A stretch of DNA of 64,000 nt from an uncultured Verrucomicrobiae bacterium (GTDB lineage Bacteria > Verrucomicrobiota > Verrucomicrobiia > Chthoniobacterales > JAFAMB01). The translations under genes and the position numbers were made by a program. The notes under the pieces were generated by a model, which ran no database searches, was not told the origin of the DNA, and worked only from the letters and a program-made list of their open reading frames with translations. Positions 9,404 to 19,634 of the stretch are shown piece by piece. Every line of letters starts with the position of its first letter. Within the stretch, counting starts at the first letter, position 1. Location of the stretch: NCBI GenBank assembly GCA_963837955.1, contig CAWIPH010000002.1, forward strand, positions 3,040,001 through 3,104,000. Reading direction: 5' to 3'.

Positions 9404-10888
9404 ATGAAGTATATACTTGCTCTTGATCAGGGCACCACTAGTTCACGCGCACTCGTCGTTGATCATGACGGGAAAGTCGTGGCGGTCGCACAAAAAGAAT
9501 TCACCCAAATCTTCCCGCAACCCGGTTGGGTTGAGCATGATCCAAAGGAGATCTGGGCAAGCCAGATTGGTGTAGCCTCCGAGGCTCTAAGTCGCGCTGG
9601 CGCCTCAGCCAAAGATGTCGCGGCGATCGGTATCACCAATCAACGCGAAACAACCATTGTTTGGGATCGCAAAACCGGTGAACCGATTCATAACGCTATC
9701 GTTTGGCAGGATCGTCGCACCGCGCCTTTCTGCGACAAGCTGCGCGCGGCTGGGCATGCAAAATTAATTCAGGAGAAGTCGGGACTGGTAATCGACGCCT
9801 ACTTCTCTGGAACAAAAGTGAACTGGCTGCTCGACAATGTTCCCGGAGCTCGCGAAAAAGCGAATCGCGGCGAGCTGGCGTTTGGAACCGTCGACTCCTG
9901 GTTGATCTGGAAACTCACGGATGGAGCTGTTCATGTCACGGACGAGAGCAACGCTTCCCGTACTCTCTTCCTCAATCTGAATACCAAGCAGTGGGACGAT
10001 GAGTTATTGGGCATTTTGAACGTTCCACGATCCGTTTTGCCGGAAGTGCGTAGTTCGAGCGAGGTCTACGGAAAAGCCAAAGGTACGCTGGAGGGGATCC
10101 CGATCGCGGGTATCGCTGGTGACCAGCAGTCCGCTCTGTTCGGGCAAGCCTGCCTGAAACCGGGTATGGCCAAGAACACCTATGGAACCGGCAGCTTCAT
10201 GCTGATTAATACCGGCACTAAACCCGTACCCTCCAAGAACAATATGTTAACCACCATTGCGTGGCGAATCGGTAAAGAGAAAACCGAATACGCACTGGAA
10301 GGTAGCGTCTTCATCACGGGTGCGGTCGTGCAATGGTTACGCGATGGGCTCAAGATCATCCGTACGTCAGCCGAAGTGGAAGAGTTGGCCGGATCAGTTC
10401 CCGATAACGGCGGCGTCTACTTGGTTCCGGCGTTTGTTGGATTGGGAGCTCCGCATTGGGATGCGTACGCACGAGGCACAATCGTTGGTTTGACCCGTGG
10501 TTCGACCGCGGCTCACATTGCACGTGCTGCCTTGGAGGGTATAGCCTACCAGGTGGCCGATGTTCTGTTTGCCATGGAAGCGGACTCGGGGGTAAAGCTC
10601 GCGGAACTCCGCGTCGATGGTGGCGCTGCCGGCAATAACCTCCTAATGCAATTCCAGGCAGATATTCTAGGAATTCCGGTTGTGCGCACCGCCAACCCCG
10701 AGGCGACCGCGTTCGGCTCTGTGTATCTCGCCGGATTGGCCGTAGGCTTCTATAAATCGACCGACGATATTGTTGCCCAATGGGCATCAGATCGCACGTT
10801 CCAGCCCAAGATGTCAGCGGATCAGCGACAGAAATTGCAAGCCGAATGGAAGAAGGCTCTAGGGCGCGCCAAGGGCTGGCTCAGTTAG
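9404..10888 (+). CDS. glpK: Glycerol kinase
   Basis: [37 protein letters not shown]. Confidence 0.97.
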   Translation: MKYILALDQGTTSSRALVVDHDGKVVAVAQKEFTQIFPQPGWVEHDPKEIWASQIGVASEALSRAGASAKDVAAIGITNQRETTIVWDRKTGEPIHNAIVWQDRRTAPFCDKLRAAGHAKLIQEKSGLVIDAYFSGTKVNWLLDNVPGAREKANRGELAFGTVDSWLIWKLTDGAVHVTDESNASRTLFLNLNTKQWDDELLGILNVPRSVLPEVRSSSEVYGKAKGTLEGIPIAGIAGDQQSALFGQACLKPGMAKNTYGTGSFMLINTGTKPVPSKNNMLTTIAWRIGKEKTEYALEGSVFITGAVVQWLRDGLKIIRTSAEVEELAGSVPDNGGVYLVPAFVGLGAPHWDAYARGTIVGLTRGSTAAHIARAALEGIAYQVADVLFAMEADSGVKLAELRVDGGAAGNNLLMQFQADILGIPVVRTANPEATAFGSVYLAGLAVGFYKSTDDIVAQWASDRTFQPKMSADQRQKLQAEWKKALGRAKGWLS

Positions 10889-10892
10889 ATTC

Positions 10893-12461
10893 GTGAACAG
10901 GGAGGTCGCTATACAGGCAATCTCGGACCGCTCCCAGGTCTGGGATTGCCTCGTAATCGGGGGCGGTGCCACAGGGCTGGGCACTGCTCTCGAAGCTGCG
11001 TCGCGTGGTTATCAGGTCTTATTGGTCGAGAGACACGATTTCGCCAAAGGCACGTCTAGTCGATCGACCAAACTCGTTCACGGAGGCGTTCGCTACCTCG
11101 AACAGGGGAACATCGGACTCGTGCGCGGAGCGTTGCATGAACGCGGCCTACTAATGCAGAACGCAGCCCATCTCGCTCATCCACTCCAGTTCATTATCCC
11201 AGCCTACCGATATTGGGAGCTGCCGTTCTATGGCGTCGGGCTAAAAGTTTATGACGCGCTTGCTGGCGCTCTTTCGCTGGGAAAATCGCGCGTCCTCAGC
11301 AGAAAAAAAGTTGTCTCCCAGTTGCCAAACGTCGAAGGAGCCGGACTGAAAGGCGGGATATCTTATTTCGATGGTCAGTTCGACGATTCTCGATTAGCAA
11401 TTTCCCTTCTCCGCACCATCCAGGATCAAGGTGGGTTTGTAGCAAATTACACCGAGGCGGTATCGCTGACCAAGGAGAGCGGCAAAATTTGTGGGGCGGT
11501 GATCCGCGACACCGAAACAGGCCAAGAGCACTCCGTTCGAGCGAAAGTGATCATCAATGCGACGGGGATTTTTTCTGATGCTATTCGAGATTTGGATGAC
11601 CCGCAAGCGGTCGACATCATTGCAGTCGCACAAGGCTCCCACCTCGTTCTTCCGGAGAAATTTCTTAAGAGTAAGTCGGCCTTAATGGTACCCAAGACCT
11701 CAGATGGTCGCGTTCTCTTCGCGATTCCATGGCACGACCGACTCGTCGTCGGAACGACCGATTTCGGCGTGCCAAAGCCGGAGGAAGAGCCATGGATCCA
11801 ACCGCATGAAGTCGACTTCATCCTTTCCGAAGCTGCTAAGTACCTGGCCGAAGATCCGACTGAAAGCGACGTACTAGCATGCTACACCGGGCTTCGTCCA
11901 TTGGTGAAGCACGCTGGCAGTAAGAGTACGGCCGCGCTATCTCGCGATCACACTGTACTTGTCTCTGAGTCCGGTCTGGTGACGATTACTGGTGGTAAAT
12001 GGACTACCTATCGTCACATGGGTGAGGATTGTTTGAACCACGCCGAAGAAGTTGCAGGTTTCGAACACAGACCATCCAAGACCGCCGATCTGCGTCTCCA
12101 CGGCAACTCGGCTGCTTCTGAGATCTTCGCTGCACCGGAGCATCTTGCCGTGTACGGAACGGATCGCAAAAGTATCGAGCAGATGGCCAAGGCAGACGCG
12201 AAAGAGGGCGACAGGCTACACAGTCGTTTGCCCTATTTAGTCGCCGAGGCAAACTGGGCGATCGACCACGAAATGGCTCGAACGATTGAAGACGTACTGT
12301 CGCGCCGGACTCGAGCGCTTCTGCTCGATTCTAAGGCTGCCGTGGAGGCGGCGCCTCGGGTGGCTCGGCTCTTGGCGGAAAAATTGGTACGCGATGCCGC
12401 TTGGGAAGCCAAACAAGTTCAAGAATTTTCCGAGCTAGCAAAGCACTATTCACTCAACTGA
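10893..12461 (+). CDS. glpD: FAD-dependent glycerol-3-phosphate dehydrogenase
   Basis: GGGATG, GTSSRSTKLVHGGVRYL, TGGKWTTYR. Confidence 0.95.
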   Translation: MNREVAIQAISDRSQVWDCLVIGGGATGLGTALEAASRGYQVLLVERHDFAKGTSSRSTKLVHGGVRYLEQGNIGLVRGALHERGLLMQNAAHLAHPLQFIIPAYRYWELPFYGVGLKVYDALAGALSLGKSRVLSRKKVVSQLPNVEGAGLKGGISYFDGQFDDSRLAISLLRTIQDQGGFVANYTEAVSLTKESGKICGAVIRDTETGQEHSVRAKVIINATGIFSDAIRDLDDPQAVDIIAVAQGSHLVLPEKFLKSKSALMVPKTSDGRVLFAIPWHDRLVVGTTDFGVPKPEEEPWIQPHEVDFILSEAAKYLAEDPTESDVLACYTGLRPLVKHAGSKSTAALSRDHTVLVSESGLVTITGGKWTTYRHMGEDCLNHAEEVAGFEHRPSKTADLRLHGNSAASEIFAAPEHLAVYGTDRKSIEQMAKADAKEGDRLHSRLPYLVAEANWAIDHEMARTIEDVLSRRTRALLLDSKAAVEAAPRVARLLAEKLVRDAAWEAKQVQEFSELAKHYSLN

Positions 12462-12792
12462 GGCTAGTCGCAACGAGCCTCTTCCATACTCGGCTCTTCG
12501 GCCAAATCTTAATCCGCCTGATGCGCACTGGGCAGATCATAAACGCCGGCGCTGAATCTGGAAATTCATTCGAACGGTTCGGCAGCCAACGGCTACGAAG
12601 TGACGTCTCCGTCACCTCATAACGGAACCCGCTGGCATCGAGAATTTCGCCTTAGCGCGATCGGCGAACCAATCGGTATTTCCGTTTTAGCTGTTGCTTC
12701 AGCCGGGACAAAGGAAGCTCCCACGCATTTTGCGAACTGTCTCATGAGCCTCAGTCATGATTTGGTCGTTCGTCCCCGCGAAAGTCTTCCAA

Positions 12793-14070
12793 TCATTCGC
12801 GAACCTGGTCCGGCCGACGTTCTTTCCCATATTGAATAACAATCGTGGGCTGCACGGTCTCGTCATCATCGAAAAGCTTTTCACCTTTCTCTTCTGCCAC
12901 GCGGCTAACAGTCTTAACGCTCTGGAGAGTTTTTGAACCGGGGACCGCCGGCACATCCTCGCGATAGTAGTCAAACCAGGGAAGGCCACGGTCATTATAC
13001 TCCTTAGCCGAAATCGGCTTATACGGCGGCTTCGTGCCAGTGATCCGGCTCCACACTTGGGAATTGCAGAGGTGAACAAAACAGCGAGACGTGGTTTCCA
13101 GGTCCCAATCGGTTAGTGGCCGCAGATCCTTATAAACTTCGTGCTGCATCCTTCCCCCGGCACCAAGTCCCATCTCTGGTGCCGCACAAGCGGGCGTGGG
13201 AACGATCGCGCGGGAACACCTGGTTATAATTCTCTCGTGAGGAATGATACTCGGCAAAAGCTGCAGGAGTGATTTAGGAAATCTCGGTTCGATTGTTTGC
13301 CGGAAATAAACCGATGCTTTCAAAGGAAAGGCTTGGAGTTGCAGCCCGCCATGCGGCTCTTCTCCGGTGATTTGCTCCTCCGCAGTATAGCCTTCCCCTA
13401 GAGGCATGGCCACGAACTGGCGGATGAAGCCTTTTTCAACACAGTAACCATCAAGCCACGGCTGATCGGGGATAACTACATAATCCTGGGGATCTTGACT
13501 CAACCATGGGCGCCAAACCTTTCCCGAGACAGCGTTGATCTTGCCCGTACCCACCTTGAGTGCAACCGGAAAGCGGCTATGGAAATTGAGCCATAGCGCC
13601 TCGGATTGATAGATCGGCATCATCACGCCACCGTGCCTCGACCAGTTCGCAGGGATCCGCTGAGCGTAATCGGCAACATGCTGCAGCGGGAAGCTGCCCA
13701 AACCTGGTGGAAGTGGATAGGTTTTCCCATCATCCGGAATGCGAAGCGTGCGCAGGAAGGAAATCGTCGCGCCTACCGTTGATTCTCCATCCCAATCAAC
13801 CGGCAGAAAAGGAGAGATCGCGCTAGCGATCGCCTTCCAGATGGCTTCAGGAGGGAGAGCCAGAACCCCTTCGATGGTCGACTGTCTCTCGAATGCGTTC
13901 ATATCGCGATACCCGAAATCCTCGGCAAACAAGCGAGTGACTGCTGCGCGTCGATCCTCTGCAATAATCCGACGAAAAACCTCCGTATGTTTTGTCTGGA
14001 CGAGTCGATCAAGTTCCCCAGCGTTGGCTTGAAAACTGAAATGAAGTTCGTTGTTCGTGAGAGTGACCAT
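12793..14070 (-). CDS. Conserved protein of unknown function
   Basis: 425-aa ORF with FLRTLRIPDDGKTYPLPPGLGSFPL, QPWLDG, IRQFVAMPLGEGY, MGLGAGG and GLPWFDYY blocks. Confidence 0.8.
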   Translation of the reverse strand: MVTLTNNELHFSFQANAGELDRLVQTKHTEVFRRIIAEDRRAAVTRLFAEDFGYRDMNAFERQSTIEGVLALPPEAIWKAIASAISPFLPVDWDGESTVGATISFLRTLRIPDDGKTYPLPPGLGSFPLQHVADYAQRIPANWSRHGGVMMPIYQSEALWLNFHSRFPVALKVGTGKINAVSGKVWRPWLSQDPQDYVVIPDQPWLDGYCVEKGFIRQFVAMPLGEGYTAEEQITGEEPHGGLQLQAFPLKASVYFRQTIEPRFPKSLLQLLPSIIPHERIITRCSRAIVPTPACAAPEMGLGAGGRMQHEVYKDLRPLTDWDLETTSRCFVHLCNSQVWSRITGTKPPYKPISAKEYNDRGLPWFDYYREDVPAVPGSKTLQSVKTVSRVAEEKGEKLFDDDETVQPTIVIQYGKERRPDQVRE

Positions 14071-14336
14071 AATAGTTCCTTACCGAATACTCCTGAGTTG
14101 TGACGCAAATTGTCCTCTATGTTGCGTTCTCTTCCTCTGGGCCAGTCTTCGGCGTTGGTAACAACAAACACAGAGCCCTGATCAGCTGCTGAATAACTCC
14201 TAAGTTTATAGCCACTCCTAACCTCTAGCGGCGCGCTTTGTGAAACCTGGTAATCAGGCAGGTTGTGAGCACCGTTAGTAAAACTCGGTCAAAGCCTGTA
14301 GGACCTCGCGAGGAGATAAACAGATCGGTAAACTCG

Positions 14337-15920
14337 TTATTCTACTCCGGGCGCATGCAGCCTCGCTTCGGCATGATCGAGGTCGCTCTGAATGCGGCGT
14401 AAAACTTCGTCATTGATCACATATTCATCGCGCAATTGAATAATGGTCCGGCGTTCTACATCGAGCGCGTCTTGCTGCAAGCGTTGGTAGGAGGGCGCGA
14501 TCAATCCATCAGAGCCGTCTCCGCCAGTACTCGCGTATACTTCTAACTGCCGAATGCGGTCATCGTATTCAGCGCGGAGGCGCTCCACGATGTCCGGCGG
14601 GAACTGGCTATCGACTTCCGCAAGGTAAGCCAGCGCTGCTTCATTCGCTTTCAGCCGCGCCGTCCTTTCTTCCACCTTTGCGAGCCCATCATCTACCACT
14701 CCAAGGCGGCGGATCACCGCGGGCAAACTCAGACCTTGGAGCACGAGCGTCGCGAGAATCACGCAAAAGGTGATGAACAAAATGTAGTCGCGTCCAGGGA
14801 ACGGGCTGCCGTCCGAAAGCGTCAGCGGTATCGCGAGCGCAGCTGCGAGCGACACAACACCGCGCATCCCTGTCCAGGCAACAATCGCCAGGTTCTGCCA
14901 CGCCGGATATGGATCTCTTTTGCACAAAGAAATGCTTATCAGACGCAACACGTTGGTTGATGCAAAGACCCAAGCGATGCGCACGACGATGGTGGTGCAG
15001 CTTATCAGCGCGCCGTGCCAAAAAAGCTGTCTTAGAGAGCGGCCGGAGAACGAATGAAGAAGGCGCGGCAGTTGCAGACCGATCAGGACAAAGACCAGAC
15101 CATTCAACAGGAATACCATCATCTCCCAAAACACGTATAAGTTGAGCCGCGTTCGGTAGGTGAGGATCTGCGGCGTACGCCAGCCGAGAAACAGCCCGGA
15201 CGCGACCACTGCCAGTACGCCGGAGACATGCAAACGCTCGGCCGGAATGTAAGCGGCAAACGGCGTGAGGAGCGAAATTGTGATTTGAACGGGCGGATCG
15301 TCGAGACGGCGCTGAAGTTGGGAAGCGAGCCAACCGACAGCCAGCCCAATTCCCGTGCCGCCAAGGGCAGCTAAAACAAAGCGGAGGCTTGCTTCAGAGA
15401 GTGAGAACGTTCCGCTCATCATCGCCGCAATTGCGAAGCGGTAGGCGACGAGCGCCGTCGCGTCGTTGACGAGACTCTCGCCCTCTAAAATGGTAACGAT
15501 TCTTCGTGGTATGCGCAGACGTTTCGCGATCGCGGTCGCTGCAACCGCATCCGTAGGCGAAATAATTGCGCCGAGAATAAATGCATTCGCCCAGGGCAAA
15601 CCAGTCAACGCGTGCGCGACAACGGCCACGAACGCGGTTGTTAACAAGACAAGCCCTATCGCGAGCAACAAGATGGGGCTCAGGTTCGTGCGAAAATCTC
15701 GCCAAGAAGTAAAGAGCGCCGCCGGATAGAGCAACGGGGGCAACAAAAACAAAAACACCATGTCCGGCTCTAGCCTTACCCCTGGCAAGCCAGGAACAAA
15801 CCCAAGAGCTAGTCCGCCGATCACCAGCAACACCGGGTAAGGCAACGCCACTTTTTTGGCGAAGATTGGCAGCGCCGCAACGACAATCAGAAGCGTGCAG
15901 ATAATCTCAGCTTGGTTCAT
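14337..15920 (-). CDS. CPA1-family Na+/H+ antiporter
   Basis: LPPLLY, SPTDAVA, LEGESLVNDA and GMRGVVSLAAAL. Confidence 0.93.
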   Translation of the reverse strand: MNQAEIICTLLIVVAALPIFAKKVALPYPVLLVIGGLALGFVPGLPGVRLEPDMVFLFLLPPLLYPAALFTSWRDFRTNLSPILLLAIGLVLLTTAFVAVVAHALTGLPWANAFILGAIISPTDAVAATAIAKRLRIPRRIVTILEGESLVNDATALVAYRFAIAAMMSGTFSLSEASLRFVLAALGGTGIGLAVGWLASQLQRRLDDPPVQITISLLTPFAAYIPAERLHVSGVLAVVASGLFLGWRTPQILTYRTRLNLYVFWEMMVFLLNGLVFVLIGLQLPRLLHSFSGRSLRQLFWHGALISCTTIVVRIAWVFASTNVLRLISISLCKRDPYPAWQNLAIVAWTGMRGVVSLAAALAIPLTLSDGSPFPGRDYILFITFCVILATLVLQGLSLPAVIRRLGVVDDGLAKVEERTARLKANEAALAYLAEVDSQFPPDIVERLRAEYDDRIRQLEVYASTGGDGSDGLIAPSYQRLQQDALDVERRTIIQLRDEYVINDEVLRRIQSDLDHAEARLHAPGVE

Positions 15921-16399
15921 AAGCCTTTTACGCAATGGCGCGGGCTGACGCCAACCCAATTCACTTCGCTCCCGTTGTCACTTCCACTTTTACGACGTCT
16001 GGTATCCTAAGACTATGGGTAAAGAACTAATTCAACCCACTGCCGTCGCGCTTCAATTTGAATGGCGTCATTCATTGGAAGCCTATTCACCGGGCATTGG
16101 CCTACACGCCAAAAATGGCGGACAGCCGTCATGAAACACATAAAGCCACTTTCGGTCTGCTGGCTAATCGCTGAAAGGCTTGCGAGAAACGCAAATCCCC
16201 CAAAGAGAAATGGAGGCAGGATCCTGGTAATTATGCCGGCACTCATATTAACCATTCTTACTTTAACGTTCGCTCTGTGACAGAAAAGCGTACTCAGCTC
16301 CCGCCGGACGATCAGCATAGATCAAGGACTTTTGTAGATATCTTGTCACAAGCTCTCGTCATCGATTAAGACTAAGAACAACAATTCACTGGTTATCAT

Positions 16400-16879
16400 A
16401 TGATGCTTGCCGATATGGCTTCACCTTTTTACGTCACGTCACCATTGCTCTTCGCTTGGTCGGCAGCCAGCTTTTGCGTTATCGTTCTGATCGAAAGCGT
16501 CCTTCTACGCTTGTTTCGCTGGGGAAAAATCGTCCCTGTCCTACTAACCGGCTTCTTCATTAACCTGGTCACCTCACTCATAGGAACCGGATTCATCGTC
16601 GTATTCCCAGATTTGGCGAAACGGCTTCCCTTTGCAGTTTGGTTTGCTGCAGCTTTCATCCTTACTGTGGCCATAGAGGGAGTTCTTCTGAAAGCAGCTA
16701 AGCGTTCCACTGGATTTGGTCGCGCCATGCTTCTGTCTGGAGTCATCAATCTGGCCTCCTATTTCTTTCTTTGGTCAATGATGATGACATTCCTCAATCC
16801 ACCAACGGAGATTGAATATCGATTTAATCACCCGCGGTTTTCTACCCCAAGCCCAGGTGTGTCTCCTGCTCGCCAATGA
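16400..16879 (+). CDS. Membrane protein with about 4 TM segments and an internal repeat
   Basis: Repeated V.IE..LL...N..S units; stop overlaps next start (ATGA). Confidence 0.7.
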   Translation: MMLADMASPFYVTSPLLFAWSAASFCVIVLIESVLLRLFRWGKIVPVLLTGFFINLVTSLIGTGFIVVFPDLAKRLPFAVWFAAAFILTVAIEGVLLKAAKRSTGFGRAMLLSGVINLASYFFLWSMMMTFLNPPTEIEYRFNHPRFSTPSPGVSPARQ

Positions 16880-17940
16880 ATAATTTTGGTTTTTCGGCCT
16901 CACTCCGGCTTCCCTTAGTTCTAGGACTCGCCCACGGCGTTGCCGACGGTTCGGCTGGACTATTGCTTGGCCATCTGCCCGCTGCTTGTCCGGGGCTGCA
17001 GGTAGCTTTACTCATCTTCATTTATAACGCGCTCGCTTTCGGCGCTCAGCCGCTGGTTGGTTGGTTTGCCGACAAATTGGATCGCTGTCGGGCAACCGCT
17101 ATAGCCGGCCTCTGCTTACTCGCCTTGTCCCTGCTGCCAATGCCAATCGGGGGTTTTGCGTTGCCCGTTCTTTTGGCCGGAATCGGTTCAGCTGCTTTCC
17201 ACGTTGGTGCTGGCGCTCTCACTTTAAGGTCATGCGGCGGCCGCTCGGATGGAGCTGGCCTATTCGCAGCACCCGGGGTTGTTGGTCTGGCCATCGGAGG
17301 CGCACTGGCCGTAAGCAACTGGTATCCCTATTTCCTATTTCAGATCGGACTAATCGTTGTTCTTTTCGTGATCGCGCTTTGGCCCAATCAAACCCAAGTT
17401 CCGCTCAAGCTCACCAGGCAACAGCAGCCGATATTTGAATCGCATGACTGGATCATGATTGGTCTATTGACTGCGGTATCGCTTCGATCACTGATCTGGA
17501 GCACGCTCCAGTTAGCGTCCGGCGGCCATATTGGCGCATTAGTAGCGCTGGGAGTCGCCGCCGGAATTGGCAAAATTATCGGGGGCTTTCTAGCTGAGCG
17601 AGTCGGCTACCGCCGATGGACGTTTCTTGCGCTGGCTATCGCCGCGCCTCTCCTCGCCTTCGGTGGGAAACGGCTCGGGTATTTGTTACCCGGGGTTGCT
17701 TTGCTGCAATCTACGATTCCATGTTCCATCGCGGCGATGGCCCGCTTACTTCCGACTCGCCCAGCGACCGCAACCGGCCTTGTACTTGGGCTGGCAGTAG
17801 CCCTGGGAGGTTTGCCGGCAATGTTCGCGATCCCGGTTCCGGTGCTTACTCCAATCTTAGCTTTGGTCATCATCCTCGCAGCAGCCGCCGGATTCTGGTA
17901 CACGATCAGTCCACGCTCGATCTCATCGGTCGGCGCGTAA
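16876..17940 (+). CDS. MFS-like membrane protein
   Basis: QPLVGWFAD, GIGSAAFHVGAG and GGFLAERVG motifs. Confidence 0.75.
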   Translation: MNNFGFSASLRLPLVLGLAHGVADGSAGLLLGHLPAACPGLQVALLIFIYNALAFGAQPLVGWFADKLDRCRATAIAGLCLLALSLLPMPIGGFALPVLLAGIGSAAFHVGAGALTLRSCGGRSDGAGLFAAPGVVGLAIGGALAVSNWYPYFLFQIGLIVVLFVIALWPNQTQVPLKLTRQQQPIFESHDWIMIGLLTAVSLRSLIWSTLQLASGGHIGALVALGVAAGIGKIIGGFLAERVGYRRWTFLALAIAAPLLAFGGKRLGYLLPGVALLQSTIPCSIAAMARLLPTRPATATGLVLGLAVALGGLPAMFAIPVPVLTPILALVIILAAAAGFWYTISPRSISSVGA

Positions 17941-18417
17941 GCGCGAGCTAGTTAAACACGACTCGCCCAATTGAGGCTTTTCCCAGCGCGGGTCTTCAAT
18001 AGTGCGACTCGTTGGTCGCCCAAGTCCTAACGCTAGCCCCATGCGAACCGGCGAGGTCCAATCAGTGCTCGCACCCCGGATCGGGAATCTATCGGACCGG
18101 TTAGACAGCTAACGGCCATTACTGTGAAGATCCCTTCTAACGCGTCAATTCTTCCGTCACATCAGTAGGGCTGTTCCTCAAGAGCTAACAGATGAAAAAT
18201 GACATTCGCAGACTGCTGTATACGACTATTTGGATTGGGATATTGATAGTCGTCTTCTTATGCCTAGGTCTCTCCAACCGGGCAACGGGTACGTTTATCG
18301 GCCTGCTCATCGGCCTCCCTCTCGCGGCCTTCGTCCTGTTCCTCAAAAGCATTCTGAAACGATGAATGTGGCAAGTGCTTTGTCACATGCGTTGCCCTGT
18401 TTCTTAAGAGTTGAAGT

Positions 18418-18663
18418 ATGAATAACGAAACAGAAAGAACGGCAGACGAACATGTTTTCAAGTTGCAGAAAAAGGCTAACCGCGAGGTCGCCAGAAAGAA
18501 TATGGTGTTCGGGGCAATCTGGTGCATCGGTGGGACTCTGGTCACAGCCTTAACGTATCAGGCAGCTTCCGGAGGCGGGCACTACATCATTGCTGGGGGA
18601 GCGATTATATTCGGCGGATTCCAGTTTCTGCGAGGATTAGTCCAATTGGCAGGGAACCTCTAA
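18418..18663 (+). CDS. Small two-TM membrane protein
   Basis: NMVFGAIWCIGG..GGHYIIAGGAIIFGG. Confidence 0.7.
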   Translation: MNNETERTADEHVFKLQKKANREVARKNMVFGAIWCIGGTLVTALTYQAASGGGHYIIAGGAIIFGGFQFLRGLVQLAGNL

Positions 18664-18839
18664 GAAGTAGCAAAGTAGCCTGATCCTCCCGGCTCAGGGA
18701 CCCAAGGCGTAGTGCACAAGGTCATAGATTTTTCTCTGGCTCGCCGTGTGTCGCTCGACCATCCGGCCGTAGAATTTTATGCAAGTAAGGGAATGGAGTT
18801 TGCGCCCCAGGAACTAAATCCTGGGGCACTCCTTCAAAA

Positions 18840-19085
18840 CTACCCTTTCGGCCAGGGCTCCCAAAACTCCACCCATTCGCGCTGCGTTTGCGGCAGCTGG
18901 TGCCGCTCGATAAACTGCATGCGGCACTGGCACCGGACCGACACCAGGCACTGGTGGAAGGTATGGTCGGCAATCCAGATCTCCGACCCGCAGGTTCCGC
19001 ACCAGAAGCCGATCGCGCGGTAGCGGCGGAGTTGGCCGAACAGTTCGGCCAAACGGTCTTTCATTTCTCTTTCTTTGATTTGCAT
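18840..19085 (-). CDS. Small putative zinc-ribbon protein
   Basis: CGTC...CQC motifs; Trp-rich tail. Confidence 0.45.
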   Translation of the reverse strand: MQIKEREMKDRLAELFGQLRRYRAIGFWCGTCGSEIWIADHTFHQCLVSVRCQCRMQFIERHQLPQTQREWVEFWEPWPKG

Positions 19086-19634
19086 GTTTTTCCTTTTGTT
19101 TTCCCGGTTGGGCAGAACTCACCTGTGGCGAGTCGCCAACCGGGTATCAGGGCATGCGGAAAAGAGAATCAGGGCACGGTAGTCGATCTCACGAAAGCCG
19201 TTCTCGGTCAGATTGCGAACGGTAATTCAATTCATCAGAGCTATTGAGATATCCGGATCAATTGTGACCCAAAAAGTCGCCTCACGATTTGGGCACGCCA
19301 GCCCCCTCACCCGCCAGCCAAACATTCTATTCGCGGAGTATAAATAAAAACTATCTGCATCTTAGTCCCTCGGGGCAATGAAGCTCTTTCTGTCACAACG
19401 AACAAGCGAGGCTCAAGTAGTACATGCAACCTTGGCTAATCATCGAACTCCGATCGCAAGTACCTGCAGCGAACATCGTCCACAACATCAAAGAGATTCC
19501 TCGGAAGCGTATGGAATTTATCAAAAGAATACGAGCCATCCTGAGCATCAGGACTGATGACGCGATTGCCTTTTACGGTTCGTCAGGACGGGAATTGAAC
19601 TGAACAGACTCAAGAAAAGGTAATAACGGCCGCC

